The translations under genes and the position numbers were made by a program. Below, in pieces: positions 50,485 to 63,800 of a stretch of DNA of 64,000 bases. Under the pieces are notes generated by a model. The model ran no database searches and had not been told where the DNA came from. It saw only the letters and a program-made list of their open reading frames with translations. Position 1 is the stretch's first letter. Every line of letters starts with the position of its first letter. Origin of the DNA: Takakia lepidozioides (taxonomy: Eukaryota; Plantae; Bryophyta); NCBI GenBank assembly GCA_030704615.1, contig CM060734.1, positions 26,474,001-26,538,000 on the forward strand. Reading direction: 5' to 3'.

Positions 50485-52183
50485 ACGAGCGACCGCCGAA
50501 TTGGCGGTCGCTTCAGTTTCTTAAAAAGTGAAGAAGAGCGACCGCCGTATGGCGGTCGCTTCAGATTTTTTTTTAATAAAAAAATATTAAATAAATAAAT
50601 TAATTAATTAAATAATATTTTTTAAGGAGCGACCGCCTTAATGGCGGTCGCTTCAGTTTCTTAAAAATCGAAAAAGAGCGACTGCCATAAAGCGGTCGCT
50701 TCCATTTTTTCTTTAAATAAAACTTCATTTTTTAAATTATTAAAAAATTATTTAAAAAAATTATAGGAGCGAAGCGGTCGCTTCAGTTTTTTTTAATTTT
50801 TTTAAGAAATAAAAAATTTATTTTTTATTTTTTTATTTAAAAAAATAAATAAAGGAGCGACCGCTGTATTGGCGGTCGCTTCACTTTCTTGAAAAGCGAA
50901 GAAGAGCGACCGCCGTATGGCGGTCGCTTCAGTTTTTTTTTTTTTAATTTATTTAAACAAAAATTAAAAAAACAATTATAAAAAATTTTTTGCTCTTAAG
51001 GAGCGACCGCCGTAATGGCGGTCGCTTCAGTTTTTTGTAAATCGAGAAAGAGCGACTGCCATACGGTGGTCGCTTCATTTTTTTCTTTAAAAAAAAAAAC
51101 TTATAGGAGCGACCGCCGTATTGGTGGTCGCTTCAGTTTTTTTAAAAGCGTAAAAGAGCGACTGCCATGGGGCGGTTGCTTCCTTTTCTTAAGAAATAAA
51201 AAACTTATTTTATTTTTTATTTTTAATTTAAAAATAAATAAAGGAGCGAATGCTGTATTGGCGGTCGCTTCACTTTCTTAAAAAGCGTCGCATCATTTTT
51301 ATTATTAAAAAAACTTATTTTAAAATTTAACTGTTTAATTTATTTTTTTATTAAAAAAAACCTTAAAGGAGCGATCGCCGTATTGGCGGTCGCTTCATTA
51401 TTTTAAAAAACAAAAAGAAGCGACCGTTGTATTGGCGGTTGCTTCATATATATATATATATATTTTAAAAACGATTGCCGTAGTTGCAGTCGCTTCATTT
51501 AAATTTCTTAAAAGAAAAGAGCCACTGCCGCTAAATGGCGGCCGCTAAATTTAAAAAAACAAAACGAGCGACTGCCATTTGGCGGTCGCTGCATTTAAAA
51601 ATAAATAAATTAAAGAAGCGACGGTTTGGCGGTTGCTTCATCTTAGAATAAAAATAAAAATATGCGATGGCCAACGAATGGCGGTCGCTGTATTTTTTTA
51701 AATATTTTCTAAACTGCAAGCGACTGCCAATCTGGGCGGTCGCTTAATTTTTAAAACTAATAATTTTCAAGCGACCACCAATATAGGCCGTCGCTTAATT
51801 TAAAATATAATGAATTGCAAGCGACGGCCAATATGGGCGGTCGCTCCATTTAAAACTTCATAAATTGCCGGCAACCGCCAATATAGGCGGTCGCTTAATT
51901 TAATAAAATATTAAATTACAAGCGACCGCCAATATGGGTGGTCGCTTGATTTAAATAATAATAATTTTTAAGCATCCGTATTTTTGGGCGGGCGTATTTT
52001 TTTAAATAAATTAATAAATTTTAATAATTGGCCACGTCTGTTTTACACTGTGGCCATGTCATTACAAAGGATAGAAGTAAATCGTAAAAGTCAAATATAA
52101 AAAAAATTACTTGGGTAAACGTCCGGATTCGACGTGACGTCTGACGTGTCCGGGCCACGTTACGTCAGGAATGATAACTAGGA
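50485..52183. repeat. Array of GCGACCGCC-n3-5-GGCGGTCGC palindromes with AT-rich linkers, ending in an ACGT-rich terminus
   Basis: More than 25 hairpin units visible. Confidence 0.9.
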
Positions 52184-52432
52184 GTTCAGTGGGATGCGGG
52201 TTCTCTCCTAGCCATTGCAGGGTATTAGGACTCAGATGTAGAAGGCCAATGAGATGGCACCACCATGTATTCGTAGATTTATGTACTCTGTCGTTCTATC
52301 TGCGTGCATGAGCACGCTCTACACAAGCTTCGCAACTATGGCATCCCGGATGCCTCGACGGGCAGCTCCAGCGGCGCATGGCGGGCAGCTCATGGATAGA
52401 GCATGGCGGGCAGCTCGCGGAATAGAGGCTCT

Positions 52433-52847
52433 TAGATGACACTGGACACTTGGGCCAATGGCACAGGCTACCCTAGTCTCCTTAGGCCCCGGCCGCACTG
52501 GTGGCTAACTAGCCACTGCTAGCCACTCTTAGTTAGCCACTATTAAACAGTGGTTAGTTAGCCCGGGATAATGTGCAGCCGCACTTATGGCTAAAAGTTA
52601 GCAATGGCTAACGAAGGTGATAAAGCAGCTCGTGGATAGAGCATGGCGTGCAGCTCGCGGGATAACCTTCGTTAGTCATTGCTAACTTTTAGCCATAAGT
52701 GCGGCTGCTCATCCCGGGCTAACTAACCACTGCTTAATAGTGGCTAACTAAGAGTGGCTAGTAGTGGCTAGTTAGCCACCAGTGCGGCCGGGGCCTAAGG
52801 AGATTAGGGTAGCCTGTGCCATTGGCCCAAGTGTCCAGTGTCATCTA
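52433..52847. repeat. Fold-back inverted repeat, arms about 185 bp
   Basis: 52433-52618 is the near-perfect reverse complement of 52665-52847. Confidence 0.92.
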
Positions 52848-54840
52848 TGTCCAAGTACAATCCCCTATGTATCCAGAGACCCCATTGTTTGGGAGATCCA
52901 GGATAGCCTGTGCCATTGGCCATGTGTGAAGAATTGAAATCTAAGCCCAAGTGCAATCTCCTATGTATCTAGGTGCGTCTCCTATGTACAGGCCCAAGTG
53001 CGACCTCCAGTGTCCAATGTCACTTAAGTCCAAGTGCAATCCGAAAAGCCCACTTTGCTATTTTTGCAATCTCCCTTGTCGAGGCTTCATATATTGATAT
53101 ATCCACTTTGCTATTTTTCGCGAATTTCCAGCCACCAAAAATACTTGAAATTCCATATTTCCCACATCACAGGTCCAAAAATTATGAGACCAAGTCGGTG
53201 CACCCCTTCTCATCGAGGGCTTTCCAACGGTACCAAGCACCAGGGCTGGGCCGCCGCGGTTTGGGAGATCTCAACGCTACAAAATCAAACAAACAAACAA
53301 ACTACCTTGCTTCATATATTGATTTGGGTGGCCTGTGCCGTTGGCCCAAGCGTCTAGTGTCATCTAAGTCCAACTGCAATCCCCACGTATCCAAGTGCGT
53401 CTCCTATGTCGAAGCCCAAGTGCAACCTCTAGGGTAGCCTGTGCCGTTGGCCCAAGTGTCTAGTGTCGTCTATGTCTAAGTGCAATCCCCTATATATCCA
53501 AAGACCCCCTTGTTTGGAAGATCTAGGGGTAGCGTATGCCATTGGCCCATGTGTGAAGAATTGAAATCTAAGCCCAAGTGCAATCTCCTAGGCATCCAAG
53601 TGCCTCTCCCATGTAAGTGCGACCTCCAGTGTCCAATGTCATCTAATTAGTACTCTAGTGCAATCCCCTATTCATCCAGAGACCCTAGAGTTTGGGAGAT
53701 CTCCATGTCATTGTTCCAACAAAGCCCATTGGCTATTTTTGCAATCTCCCCTGTCAAGGCTTCATATATTGATATATCCACTTTGTTTTTTTGGCGAAAT
53801 TCCAACGACCAAAAGTACTTGAAATTTCAAATTTCCCACGTGAAGGGCCAATCATTGCTCCAGGACAGCCCACTTTGCTATTTTTCCCGAATTTCGAGCG
53901 ACCCAAAGCACTTGAAATTCCACATCTTCCACAACGCAGGTCCAAAAATCATGAGACCAAGCCGGTGCACCCCTCATCATAGAGGGCTTTCCAACGGCAC
54001 CAAGCATCGGGGCTGGGCCAGCAGTTTGGGAGATCTCAACGACGCTACTTGAACAAAACAAAACAAAACAAACGTCTTGATTCATATATTGACTAGGGTA
54101 GCCTGTGCCGTTGGCCCAAGTGTCTAGTGTCATCTAAGTCCAAGCGCAATCCCCTATGTATCCAAGTGTGTCTCCTATGTCGAGGCCCAAATGCGACCTC
54201 TAGGGTGGCCTCTGCCGTTGGCCCAAGTGTCATCTAAGCCCAAGTGTAGATCTTCTATGTATCCAAGTGCATCTCCTATGTTGAGGCCCAAGTGCGACCT
54301 CTAGGGTAGCTTGTGTCGTTGGCCCATGTGTGTGAAGAATTGAAATCTAAGACCAAGTGAAATTTCCTATGTATCCCAATGCGTCTCCTATGTCGAGGCC
54401 CAAGTGCAACCCTCAAGTGTCCAATGTCATGTAAGTCCAAGTGCAATCCGGTATGTATACAGAGACCCTGCAGTTTGGGAGATCTCCATGTCATTGTTCC
54501 AACAAAGCCTACTTTGCTATTTTTGCAATCTCCCCTGTCGAGGCTTCATATATTGATATATCCACTTTGCTATTTTCGGGAATTTCCAGCAACCAAAAGT
54601 ACTTGAAATTCCAAATCTCCCACATGAAGGACCAATCACTGCTCCAGAAAGCTCAATTTGCTAATTTTCACGAATTTCCAGCGACCCAAAGTACTCCAAA
54701 TTCCACATCTCCCACACCGCAGGTCCAAAAATTATGAGACCAAGCCGGTGCACCCCTCCTCATCGAGGGCTCTCCAACGGCACCAAGCACTGGGGCTGGG
54801 GTCCGCGGTTTGGGAGATCACAAAACAAAACAAAACAAAT
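52805..54840. repeat. Complex tandem repeat with three higher-order units
   Basis: gggtagcctgtgccgttggcccaagtg subunits; the block gctatttttgcaatctcc...aggtccaaaaattatgagacc...tttgggagatc occurs three times. Confidence 0.85.
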
Positions 54841-55257
54841 GGATGCAATTCATGCAAGCCCTGCCCTCTAGTAATTATGAATAGATAGTAAAAATCTGGA
54901 AGATCACACAGTGTTTATTAACAAGCGGCTAGTCGCGTAATGGCTCCACCCTAAGACTCTAAGTAGAAAATTTCCTTAAAATGTTATATTGAAATAAAAT
55001 AATCACATATTCAAAACATATTTTAAACCTGTTCTGCATAAGAGGAAAATATTTTAATTTATAAAATAGAAAGGCCCTGACGGATCTTTATTGATGTATG
55101 AATTATATATTGATGTACGATATTACAACAATGATCTTCAGGCTTACTAATTATTAAAATATTGAAATGCTTCTCCCCCAAAGATACAGATGGCGTCGCT
55201 TCTTCAACTCGATTCCAATCAACTTCAAGCTTTAAAATCCACTGGAATACTGAAATA

Positions 55258-55475
55258 GTTGCTGAAGAATTAGCTGAAATATTAAAATACTTGCTTGAAA
55301 TACTTGCTAAGAAACTTGCTGAAATATTAAAATACTTGCTAGAAATACTTGCTAAGAAACTTGCTGAAATATTAAAATACTTGCTTGAAATACTTTCTAA
55401 GAACCTTGCTAAAATATTAAAATACTTGCTTGAAATACTTGCTAAGAAAGTGGCTGAAATATTGAAATATTGAAA
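55258..55475. repeat. 45-bp minisatellite
   Basis: gctgaaatattaaaatacttgcttgaaatacttgctaagaaactt, about 4.5 copies. Confidence 0.9.
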
Positions 55476-55914
55476 TACTTGCTGGAAATCTTGATTGAAA
55501 TACTGAATACTGAAATTTTGTTGTACTAAAATATTGTAGCCATTTGAATCTGCTGAAATGCCTCCTTGCTTTATAGTCTGTACCCTATATCTAACCAATT
55601 ACATAGTTTCCTCACATCCCTTCAGGTGCCAAAACATTTCTTGTGGACTCCCTCTCTTGGTCCTCCGTCAAATGGATTCATCACGTTGGACGTTCCTCAA
55701 ACAACTGTGTGACCCCTTCCTCCAGCTGAGGATCTATCCCTGGAGGTTTCTTGTAACTACCCATCCACAGTGATTCGGTGGTTCTCTTGTGCTTGAAGTT
55801 TAAAGATCTATTCAGGGCTTCACCTAGATAGCAGATCTGACATCTATCATATTTACAAGTACGAGACTAAGTAATTGATCTGAAAAGGTGAAAACGTGAG
55901 GAGGAGCAGCTTAC

Positions 55915-57330
55915 AAGAAGTTTTTGGTACGCTGTATTTTCCGACAGGTTGCGGGATGTGACTCGGTATCATGAACTTTGTACAGCAAGTTTTATTTAGA
56001 GGGAACAACGACACTACGGTTATGGAATGCTGCTACAAAAACCTGAGCCACACGGGTCAAGGGGCTCCCAACCTGCCGCTTATGCCTGTAGAATTGTGTG
56101 TCGGAAACTACAATTGAAAAAGCTATAAAAAATCCTACTGTTGGGATACCAAATCCCCAGCCCCAGCCAACATTGTCTTGGATGTAATTAATACTGTATG
56201 AGAGAAAAGAGTACCTATGTCAATGCAGTAAAAAAACCAGTTGAAGAACGAGGATTTCATTTTCCTCTCCGCTGGAACTCCATCATCAAATTGGTCTGCC
56301 CCAAGCATTGACAGATTAGGCTTTACACCACCCAGGCCAACTACAATTAAATGGAGAGAAAAGTAGAAGAAAACAACTTCGCCACCGGACGCACTTGGAC
56401 AGATTGTCCTTGTTGAGTTGCACGTTGGAGGTTTAAACTGAGGTAGTGACACAGATAATGTCAAGAATATCATTCCCTGCAAACCGGACATTTGAAGATA
56501 ACTGCACATACTAATGGAGTGACCTCAATGGATTACACATCCTGAGAAACTGGAGGACATCTAAGCAGCAATGTTTTGTAGAATGCAGAGTCTTGGTACT
56601 GGCCAACTTACACTGGCACACGCAGATGGGAAGTCTGCAAAAACAGAGGTCCGAAACAATGCAATCAGTTTAAACCTGCAGGCTTCAGAACAGCCTGGCC
56701 ATGCGTTTGACAGCACAACGAAAGTGCTGGTAAGAATCAATGAAAGTGCATCAGTGAATTGTCAAGACACCATGAGTTGGAAAAATACCAGCGGGTATAG
56801 TACTGAGAACACTATTAGGGTCCAGAAGCGACCCAGAAATGCATCTGCGATAAAAGTTCCAATCAATGGAGTGAGCCAGCCCAATTGAACATATTTGTTG
56901 CCGAGGAAGCCGTGCTCCCATGCAGAACACTTGTGAGATACGTTAGGAGGTTTGCTGTTATTCCATAGTATGCTATACTCTCTACCGTTTCTCCCACTGT
57001 ATACATGAGCACATGCACTTGGTTATAGATCATGTGCATGGCTCGTTTCACTAAAGATTTCAAATGCTGAAACTGTAAACTACCTTAGCTCAAATTCCAG
57101 CCGGGTCAGGTAATTCTGTGGTAATTGACAGAAACTGGAGCCAGGTTCGAAGCTCACCTACTCCTCAGTCTGGGCATAATTCACCAGTGTAATCTGACAT
57201 AGAGCTCTGACTGAATACGTTCCAGAAGAGGGTTGACGCTGTGCACCCACCCATCAAGAAGGAAGAAGCTTTCCAGCGACCAGAGGTTGCCATGTTGATT
57301 GGGTTGCCTCTGAGGTCAACTGAACATCAT
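55915..57330 (-). pseudogene. NPF (NRT1/PTR) transporter pseudogene, three exons (about 57330-57251, 56996-56789, 56476 to about 55915)
   Basis: DLRGNPINMATSGRWKAS; ETVESIAYYGITANLLTYLT; ADAFLGRFWT; GGVKPNLSMLGADQFD; SSFFNWF; GSPLTRVAQV. Frameshifts, a stop, and no C-terminal exon seen. Confidence 0.88.
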
Positions 57331-58289
57331 TCGAGCTCCAACTTTCCGCCTCAGATTTGCATTTCAAAGGTTTTCTAGAAGAGCTCCAATTCTCATCTTT
57401 CTCTACAACACCAGCAAAAATATCAAATCATCGTGGGACATGAAGAGTCCATATTTACAGGACAAACAAAGTTCTCCTTCTAATTCTACGCCTTCAACAA
57501 ACTTCTCTTTCTCATTCTACGCCTTCGATAAGGTCTGTGCATGAAGAACTTCTCCTTCTCATTCTACGCCTTCGATAAGGTCTGTGCATGAAGACGCTGC
57601 CATCCTCCCATCCCTGCGCGTCTTCTTTGCCATAAACAAAACCCTAAAGCTTTTCAGCGAAGACGCTGTCATGCTGCATCCCCGCGCAACACACGTCTTC
57701 CCTGCAAAAAACGCAACCCTCAGTTACAGCTTTCTTTTAATTCTTTCTTTGCTCTAAGAGATCAGAAAACAAAACAAAAAAAAATCAGAATGCCCGCCCA
57801 CCGACGTTATATATATACACACGAAGCAAATTAAACCTTGCTCTTTTCTTTTATAGTTTATTATAATTCCAAACTTTAACGTTATTGTTTTTTTTGGTAA
57901 ATTTACTTTCAGATATCTGCACTTCTGGCAGAATTATTATAAATAAATTTTAGACTCAGTTTATTTTTGGATAGTATTAATGTGATAGTGCTGTAATAAA
58001 TCTCATGAATTTTTAAAAAGCTAAAAACATTTCACTTTTATTTTGTTTTTATCCAAAAATGATTTTGTTTAGAAATGTAAGTATTTTCTGATCTCTAAGT
58101 TTCTGCTTTTTATTTTAGGGTGTATAAATAAATTATATATATAAGCCTATATAAGCATATGAATATTTACATGTGTAAGATTCATTTATGGGTCTTATCC
58201 AATCAAGTACATTCAAGCTAACATTTAAGTGGGGGAGGATTATCTGCTTCATGTAGGTACTATCTAGTGGAGGTATATCAGGATCTTAT

Positions 58290-60870
58290 TCATTTTTGGC
58301 ACCAATGCGTGGTCTCTCCCTTATAGGGAAGAACCAATAAATATCGCGGTAATAGATTTGATTGGAAGAGGATGGAGGCAGCTTCGAAAGAAGGCCTACT
58401 GACTTGTTCCAATTAATTTTAAATCCGGAAGCCAGACAGAAGAACTGCAGAGCTTCTCGGGCTCTGGTAATGTTGGGCGAATCCTCGTTATTCAGCAGCA
58501 GCATAGTATCGTCCGCGTACATAGAGATTTTAATGGATGGACCTTGATGCACCTTTAGGCCAACAATGTCCTGCCTAGCATTAAGGTGAGTGCAGGCTAA
58601 GGTGGCTCAGTTTGGACGTCACACTGCAGTTTTTCAGTGAGTGCTCTTCATATTATCTATAACATTGTGCAAATAAGTTTATCTTCATCCCAAATAAGAT
58701 TGAGTGTTGCTAGCCATCTACCATATCTACATATTGGTATGATTATTTTGCAAGTTAGATGATTTTTCATGGAACTATTTTAGGACTTACACTCTAGGCT
58801 GTCACATTCCCAGTTTGTCACAACTGGACTCTCAAACACTAACTTGCACTTAGTCATTTTACACATGGACTCCGAATATAGATTACCGTTGAGGAATAAG
58901 AGACGTGGATGAATTTGTAGACAATTTCATTCATTTGTTAGTGTGCTATGGACTTTTATATACCTCCAAATATACCCCAAATCTCAAAAGTCCATGGTTT
59001 TCAAAAAAATTCATATTTGGGTAGAACACTCTTCAATGACAATATAAAGATTGTTATTATTTACAAGTTCTTATAACTAGATGGACAAATGTCCTATATA
59101 ATTGGGGACCTACAAATTGGTTATTTTTAAAAATTATAGAATAATAATTCTAATAAAAAAATATCTCAAATATTTAGGATGGACCCTTTATTAAAAATGT
59201 TAGTCATATCATTATCTATCAATGTAGAAATATATTTGAACAAAAAACATAAATTATTTTCTTGCCCATGGACTTTCATGGAGGTCTCATCTGCCGTTTG
59301 TGAGACACCTGATCCTGCACTCACCCATTAAGGTAATGACCCATGGCATCCGCCGCTATGAGGAAGAGGTATGGGGCCAGCAGACATCCCTGCCTCACTG
59401 ATCTGTGTAGAGCAAAGGGACTAGAAATGACTCCATTTACAGCTACTTTGCTGACGCAGAATTGAGAAGCAGATGGACCCATCTAGAGAAGGACTCAGGA
59501 ACCCCCATCTTAGCTAGGATGTTTTGAAGAAAACCCCAGTCAATATTATCAAAGGCCTTTTCAAAATCTAGCATTAGAATTGTCAACGGCTGCTCCGAGC
59601 ACTTAGCCTTATGCATAGCCTCCTTGATTATAAGTATATTGTCCAGAATCATTCTGCCCTTGAGAAATCCAGATTGTTCGGGCCTAATGATATGAGAGAG
59701 AATTGGTTGCAACCTCAATGTTAACGCTTTAGCAATGATTTTGTAAGTAGAGTTCTAAAGCGTGATTGGGCAATAATTGGAGATAAGGCTTCTGTCACCT
59801 TTTTTGAAGATTATGGTGATAAGACCCACAGAAATCTGAGAAGGCATGATGCCTTTCTGCAAGATATCTTGGGCCAGAGCAACAAAATCATCAACAATAG
59901 TGGACTAGAGGGCAACAAACAATTCAATGGGCAAGCCGTCAAGACCAGGCACTTTCCCGAATGAAGAGACTGCATAGCTTTGGCAAGCTCTAAGTCAGAA
60001 AGCGGGGAGGAAAGAGACTCATTATCCTTCTCCGAGAGAAGAGAAGGGATGTGACTTAGAATAGTTTCCGAGGCCAGAGCAGCCTTGAAGGAGAGAGATA
60101 TTTTGGAGAAGTGGGAGGCAAAATGCTGCTCAGCAATTGATGCCATAATCTTAGGGGAGGAGGAGGAAGTCCCATCAAGGCTTGCAAGGGAAGCAATTGA
60201 AGAGGCCATTCTTCTTTGCTTTGCTTTGATAAAAAAATATTTGGACATTTTCTCACCTTTAAGGGACCAGTTAACTCCAGCCTTGAGACGAAGAGCATTC
60301 TCATTTTCCTGCCTAAAGTTCCACAGATTGGCTTTGGCTCTACTGTAATTCATCAGAGTGGAAGGGCCTTCATCTTTGTTTTCCAAGAGCTGTTGACAAA
60401 GGTGAAGACATTTGTGGAGATATTTTTCTTTGTGAGATCTAGCGAGCGCAAAGTCTCTAGAGATCTCCTGAGACCTAATGCGAATAGCCTCCAACTTAGA
60501 AAGGAATCTAAGCATGGGGGAAACAAATTGATTGCCAGAAGAGGACCAGACTTTAGATAGGACTTCAACCACCACCGCGGACTTAAGCAAAGATGGATTT
60601 GCCTTGAAAAAACCCCTCCCTTTAGTTCTATAGCCCGGAACAGTGAAACGAGTCCTTATCTTAGCATGATTGAAGTTTGGCAGCACAGGCCCCAGAGGAG
60701 AAGGACTTGCCCAAGATGTGATACCAGAGGTGCATTACACCCTGCCTTGTCTAGCCATGACCAGCTCATGAGATGTCCTGCAATTAGACCATGAGAAACG
60801 GAGCTCATTATCACTAGGAATGGCTCAAAGCAAGAACTAGTTATGGCTACCAAGCTTCTCCACAACCCGA
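58290..60870 (-). mobile_element. L1/Tx1-like LINE ORF2 remnant
   Basis: EQSGFLKGR, LDFEKAFDNIDWGFL, SVRQGCLLAPYLF and YADD; GEKMSKYFF linker. Confidence 0.92.
58585..59325. mobile_element. 741-bp non-autonomous TIR element inserted in the LINE RT
   Basis: Perfect 12-bp TIR ggtgagtgcagg and duplicated cattaa. Removal restores DAMGHYLNARQDIVGLKVHQGP. Confidence 0.88.
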
Positions 60871-60886
60871 CCTACTACCAGTTCAG

Positions 60887-63800
60887 TCCCGGTTATCAGC
60901 GTCACGTCCGTCAGTCAACGTCAGGTCACGTCAGACCTGACGCTGACGGGACCTCCGTTACGTCAGGTTCAGGGAATATTCTAGTAAAAAAAATATCAGT
61001 AAAATATTGCCACTTAAACAGCCACGTCGCCGACACGGTGGCGGTGGCAAATACATTTTGGAAAATAATAAAATGAAAGCGACCGCCAATTCTGGCGGTC
61101 GCTTTATATTTCAGAATTTAGAAATAAGAGCGACCGCCAACATGGCATTCGCTTAAATTTTTTTATAAAAAAAATAAAATTGGCTATCGCATTGGCGGTC
61201 GTCTATTTTTTTTTTTATAAATAGCAACCTCCATACTAGCGGTCGTATAATTTTGAAAATATATTTTAAAAAAAACGACAGCCAGAATTGGCAATCGCTT
61301 GTTTTCAATAATACATAAAAAAACAAGCGACCGCCATAATATGCCGGTCGCTTTATTTTACAAATATATTAAAAAAACCAGCGACCACCAAAATATGGCG
61401 GTTGCTTTACTTTAAAAATATATTAAAAAAACCAGCGACCGCCATAATATGGCGGTCGCTTTAATTCAAAAAACAAAAACAAAAACAAAAACAAAACAAA
61501 ACAGAGACTGCCAAATATATTGGTCGTTTTATTTTAAGAATATTAAAAATATTAAAAATATTTTTTAATTTCTGAAAATGCAGCGACCGCCAATAATGTC
61601 GGTCACATTTATTTTTTATTTTTTAAATAGAGCGACCGCCATTATTGGCGGTCGATTTTATTTTTATTTTTTTAAAATAGAGCGACCGCCATTACTGGCA
61701 GTCGCTTGTATATTTTTAGTTTCTGAAAATGCAGCGACCGCCAGTAATGACGATCGCTTTTATTTATTTATTTATTAAATAGACCGACCGCCATTATTGG
61801 CGGTCGCTTGTATATTTTTAATTTATGAAAATACAGCGACCGCCAGTAATGGCTGTTGTATTTTTTTTTTAAACAAAAATAGAGGGACCGCCATTATTGG
61901 CGGTCGCTTTTGTTTTTTATTTTTTTTTAAACAGAGCGACGGCCATTACTGGCGGCCGCTTGTATATTTTTAATTTCTGAAAATGTTGCGACCGCCTGTT
62001 ATGGCGGTCGCTTTTATTTTTCATTTTTTAAATAAAGCGACCGCCATTACTGGTGCTCGCTTGTATATTTTTAATGTCTAAAAATGTTGCGACTGCCAGT
62101 AATGGCGATCGTTTTTTTGTTTTTTTGTTTTTTTTTTCTAATAGAGCGACCGTCGTTACTTGCGGTCGTTTTTATTGTTTAATTTTTTAAATAGAGCGAC
62201 CATCATACCACCATTACTGGCGGTCGTGTTTTTTTTGTTGTTTTTTTAAAATAAAGCGACCGCCATGGTTGCGGTCGCTTCTAGAAGGTGTGCGTTACGC
62301 ATGGACCGAGGAATGAGAGGGGGGGGGGAGATAAGCCAAGGGAGGTTCATTCTCCCTTCACTTCCTCTCCACACAACTTATGTGCGACCGCCATTATTGA
62401 CGATCGTTTTTATTTTTTATTTTTTAAATAGAGCGATGGCCATTATTGGCGGTCGCTTGTGTATTTTTAATTTTTGAAAATGCTGCGACTGCCAGTTATG
62501 GCGGTCACTTTTAATTTCATTTTTTTTAAATAGAGCGACCGCCATTACTAGTGGACGCTTGTATATTTTTAATTTCTGAAAATGTTGCGACTGCCAGTAA
62601 TGGCGGTCGTTTTTTTTTTTTTTGGATTTTCTAATAGAGCGACCGTCGTTACTGGCGGTCGCTTTTATTGTTTAATTTTTTAAATAGAGCGACCGTCATT
62701 ACTGGCGGTCGCTTTTTTGTTGTTTTTTTTAAATGTAGCGACTGCCATGGTGGCGGTCGCTTCTAAAAGGTGTGCCTTACGCGTGGATCGAGGAATGAGA
62801 GGGGGGAGTCAGATAAGCCAAATGAGGCTCATTCTCCCCTCACTTCCTCTCCACACAACTTATGTGCGACCGCCATTATTGGCGGTCATTTTTGTTTTTT
62901 ATTTATTTTTAAATAGAGCGACGGCCATTACTGCGGTCGCTTGTATATTTTTAATTTCTGAAAATGTTGCGACCGCCAATTATGGCGGTCGCTTTTATTT
63001 TTTATTTTTTTAAATAGAGCGACCGCCATTACTGGTGGTCACTTGTATATTTTTAGTTTCTGAAAATGTTGCGACCGCCAGTAATGGCGGTCACTTTTAT
63101 TTTTTTCGGTTTTTTCAATAGATCGACCGTCATTACTGGCGTTCGCTTTTATTGTTTAATTTTTCAAATAGAACGACCGCCATTACTGGCGGTCGCTTTT
63201 TTGTTGTTTTTTTTAAATGTAGCGACCGCCATGGTGGCCGTCACTTCTAGAAGGTGTGCCTTACGCGTGGACCGAGGAATGAGAGGGGGGGGTTTGAGAT
63301 AAGCCAAAGGAGGCTCATTCTTCCCTCACTTCCTCTCCACACAATTTATGTGCGACCGCCATTATTGACGGTCGCTTTTGTTTTTTATTTATTTTTAAAT
63401 AGAGCGACGGCCATTACTGGCAGTCGCTTGTATATTTTTAATTTCTGAAAATCATGCGATCGCCAGTTATGGCGGTCGTTTTTTTTATTTTTTAAATAGA
63501 GCGACCGCCATTACTGGTGGTCGATTGTATATTTTTAATTTCTGAAAATGTTGCGACCGCCAGTATTGGCCGTCGTTTTTTTTTTTTTTTTTTTTTTTAA
63601 TAGAGCAACCGTCGTTACTGGCGGTCGCTTTTATTGTTTAATTTTTTAAATAGAACGACCGCCATTACTGGCGGTCGTTTTTTTGTTGTTTTTTTTAAAT
63701 GTAGCGACCGCCATGGTGGCGGTCGCTTCTAGAAGGTGTGCCTTATGCGTGGACTGAGGAATGAGAGGGGGGGGGGTCAGATAAGCCAAAGGAGGCTCAT

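Noticed and set aside
50485-52000. CRISPR-like array of palindromic repeats (also 61075-64000)
   Set aside because: Linkers are low-complexity, variable in length and themselves repeated; there are no cas genes and the context is eukaryotic.
55059-55598. ORFs with a repeating amphipathic peptide
   Set aside because: They are translations of a 45-bp minisatellite, open on both strands.
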